From Bugula neritina (lineage: Eukaryota; Animalia; Bryozoa), in NCBI GenBank assembly GCA_964035545.1, contig OZ037766.1, forward strand, positions 11,770,722-11,834,721: a stretch of DNA of 64,000 nucleotides, in the 5' to 3' direction. How positions within the stretch are numbered: the first letter of the stretch is position 1; every line of letters starts with the position of its first letter. The position numbers were made by a program, and so were the translations under genes. The notes below the pieces were generated by a model. It was not told where the DNA came from. It saw only the letters and a list, made by a program, of their open reading frames with translations, and ran no database searches. This document shows positions 62,190 to 64,000 of this stretch, one piece after another.

Positions 62190-64000
62190 GTTGCTTTGGC
62201 GAATTATATGTAGCCTGTGAAAATAATGTCAAACTAATACTTGATTTTTAATCTATAATGCAATTTGCAGCAGCTAAAAATTTTAATGACAGATTTCTGT
62301 AAGTTTTGCAACCATTTTATATTTGTATCCATAAATGTTGATTTCCATTGTATGCGTCAGAAAATGACACAACCTCTTGAATATATATAACTGGTATATA
62401 AGCTTATTAAAAATGTATTGTTTTAAAAATAACAATACTTTCTATAGTATAATAATATACTATTAAAAAGTCTGTAGCATATTTATTTCTTGTGTAATAT
62501 AATTGCTTTGTTGGTTTTTGGCTGGCTAAAATACTATTAAATCAATTTTGAATGAACAAAATATATTGCATTATAGTGGGTAATAATTTTCTAAATTCTT
62601 GAAAAAGATGGCATCAAAGTTTATGAGAAAAAATAGGATCTGGTTTATCAACATCAACCTTTCATAGCAACTGTCACAATCCACTTCCAGATCTTCGTCG
62701 CATGTCTACAAAAAAATAAAATATGTACTGACTATGAATAATATCAATGAAAGAATAATTAAAGGAATTAGTACACTTCTATATCTGGCATCAACTTATT
62801 TTCTGAGCTAAAATTTTAAACACTTATAACACTTTTTAACCAAGTAAAGTAAAGTTGTGAGTTAATTTTTGCATCATTTATACGTTTTCAATTTCAAAAA
62901 AGCAAAGCTAATTACAAATCATTAGCTTAAAAATCTAATTTAATGCTCTTTTCCATGAATTTGTAGTTTAGTAGAATGTCTATTTATTTTTTTCATCACT
63001 TTCAACACTTTTTTTCAATTCTATATAATTATTAAAATATATTTTAATTCTGTTAAAGTATTGCAAAAACCTACCAAGCTGTGAACATGTCCATTCAAAC
63101 TATTCAAAAGTATTTTTTGGTGTTTAGCTTTGGTTGTCTGGTGAAGACATGACTCAGAGTTACAGCACAAAACATTCTCTTCCCCGTCAAAACATTCTTC
63201 ATAGTGTCGGTCTGGGAAAAGCTTGCCCATCTTGATATCACGATAATGTGTTTGTTGACAGTATTTAAACAACTTGTGCATCTGATGAAATGCAATGAGT
63301 TTGTGATTCTCCTGCTGTACTTCTGGCTTTATATAGCAAATCTGGGCCAACCTCAGTAGTAATTAAATATGCAACTTATCCAATAACCTGTCAATCAAGT
63401 ACTCTCCCTTGACTGTCCATGCACCGCTCTGATGAACAGTTAGGTAGGCAGGTCTATGGATATGGTAATTTGCTGTCATTCTATTTAAAATAATCTAAAA
63501 TAAACATCCAATAGTGGTGTCAGAAGAGCGGAAAAAACAATTTGAAGCATGTGATGTGAAGCTTCATTGCACTTTGGCAATACAAATACATTGGTTTTTA
63601 TATTGCACAATTAAGCTCAAACTGCTTGGTGCAAAAATTAGTTCAGATTTCCCAACAAGTTTATGTAATGTGAAATTGTTAAACATGATTATAGAGCAAA
63701 CAATTGTGATGACTTCTTTATCAAAGCAACAGCAACACAATAGTAGCAGTATGATTATGCAAAATAATGATCAGTCATTGTGTTAATTGTCTTCCACTTT
63801 GACAGAAAAAAAATTAGTCAAGCTCTAGCTTCGACATATGTATATATATATATATTTTGTTTACACAAGTGGGTTAAAAAGCCCCCCACAAAATAAACTG
63901 TCAGGTTCCCATTTTATATTAACTGGCTAATATTGGATGTTTTATAGCTTTGGAATATTTTAAGGTTGAAGTTGAAATTGAAATCATTTGCTTAGTAGGA
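62190..64000 (+). repeat. Segmental duplication, right copy (runs off the window end)
   Basis: Colinear with 57078-58889; duplicated ORFs appear in the track (57884/63021, 57985/63104, 58444/63514). Confidence 0.97.
62571..63351 (-). CDS. 3' exons of an unidentified Cys/His-rich protein (right copy; open frames, functional status uncertain)
   Basis: Exon 63351-63075 (..YIKPEVQQENHKL..CCNSESCLH..GHVHSL|gtaggt) splices in phase 0 to 62705-62571 (TCDEDLEVDCDSCYERLMLINQILFFLINFDAIFFKNLENYYPL*). The upstream acceptor is an atypical GAG and upstream exons are unresolved. Confidence 0.5.

Noticed and set aside
62571-63351. OAS or cGAS-like enzyme forming a 2-5A module with PDE12
   Set aside because: Attractive given the PDE12 neighbour, but no nucleotidyltransferase (GS..DxD) or Mab-21/OAS C-terminal motif is visible.

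Overview
AT-rich, intron-rich invertebrate animal DNA, not prokaryotic; most short ORFs in the six-frame track are noise or exon read-throughs. (1) About 1.4-36.4 kb, + strand: an RGS12/loco orthologue. I assembled it by hand into 23 phase-consistent GT-AG exons (~1,720 codons, 5' end upstream of the window) with the order PDZ-PTB-RGS-RBD-RBD-GoLoco and a C-terminal -VTFV. It also has candidate microexons and alternative first exons. (2) 37.3-41.5 kb, - strand: an uncharacterised 588-aa two-pass membrane protein with three PPxY motifs; its 5' UTR exons appear to reach ~50.3 kb. (3) 51.8-55.7 kb, + strand: an 8-exon PDE12 (638 aa), apparently head-to-head with gene 2. (4) 53.7-64 kb: a tandem segmental duplication. 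It left a deleted, nonsense-bearing PDE12 pseudogene in the right copy. It also left two copies of an unidentified Cys/His-rich minus-strand gene, disrupted in the left copy and with two open exons in the right. Also present: a TTAA-flanked non-autonomous DNA transposon, a tRNA-derived SINE, a 23-bp perfect hairpin and several minisatellites, one G-quadruplex-prone. I see no CRISPR array or clear new multi-gene system. The best novelty leads are the PPxY membrane protein, the unidentified duplicated gene, the uORF/dual-ATG layout of PDE12 and the candidate alternative first exons of RGS12. Exon calls are manual and have no RNA evidence.
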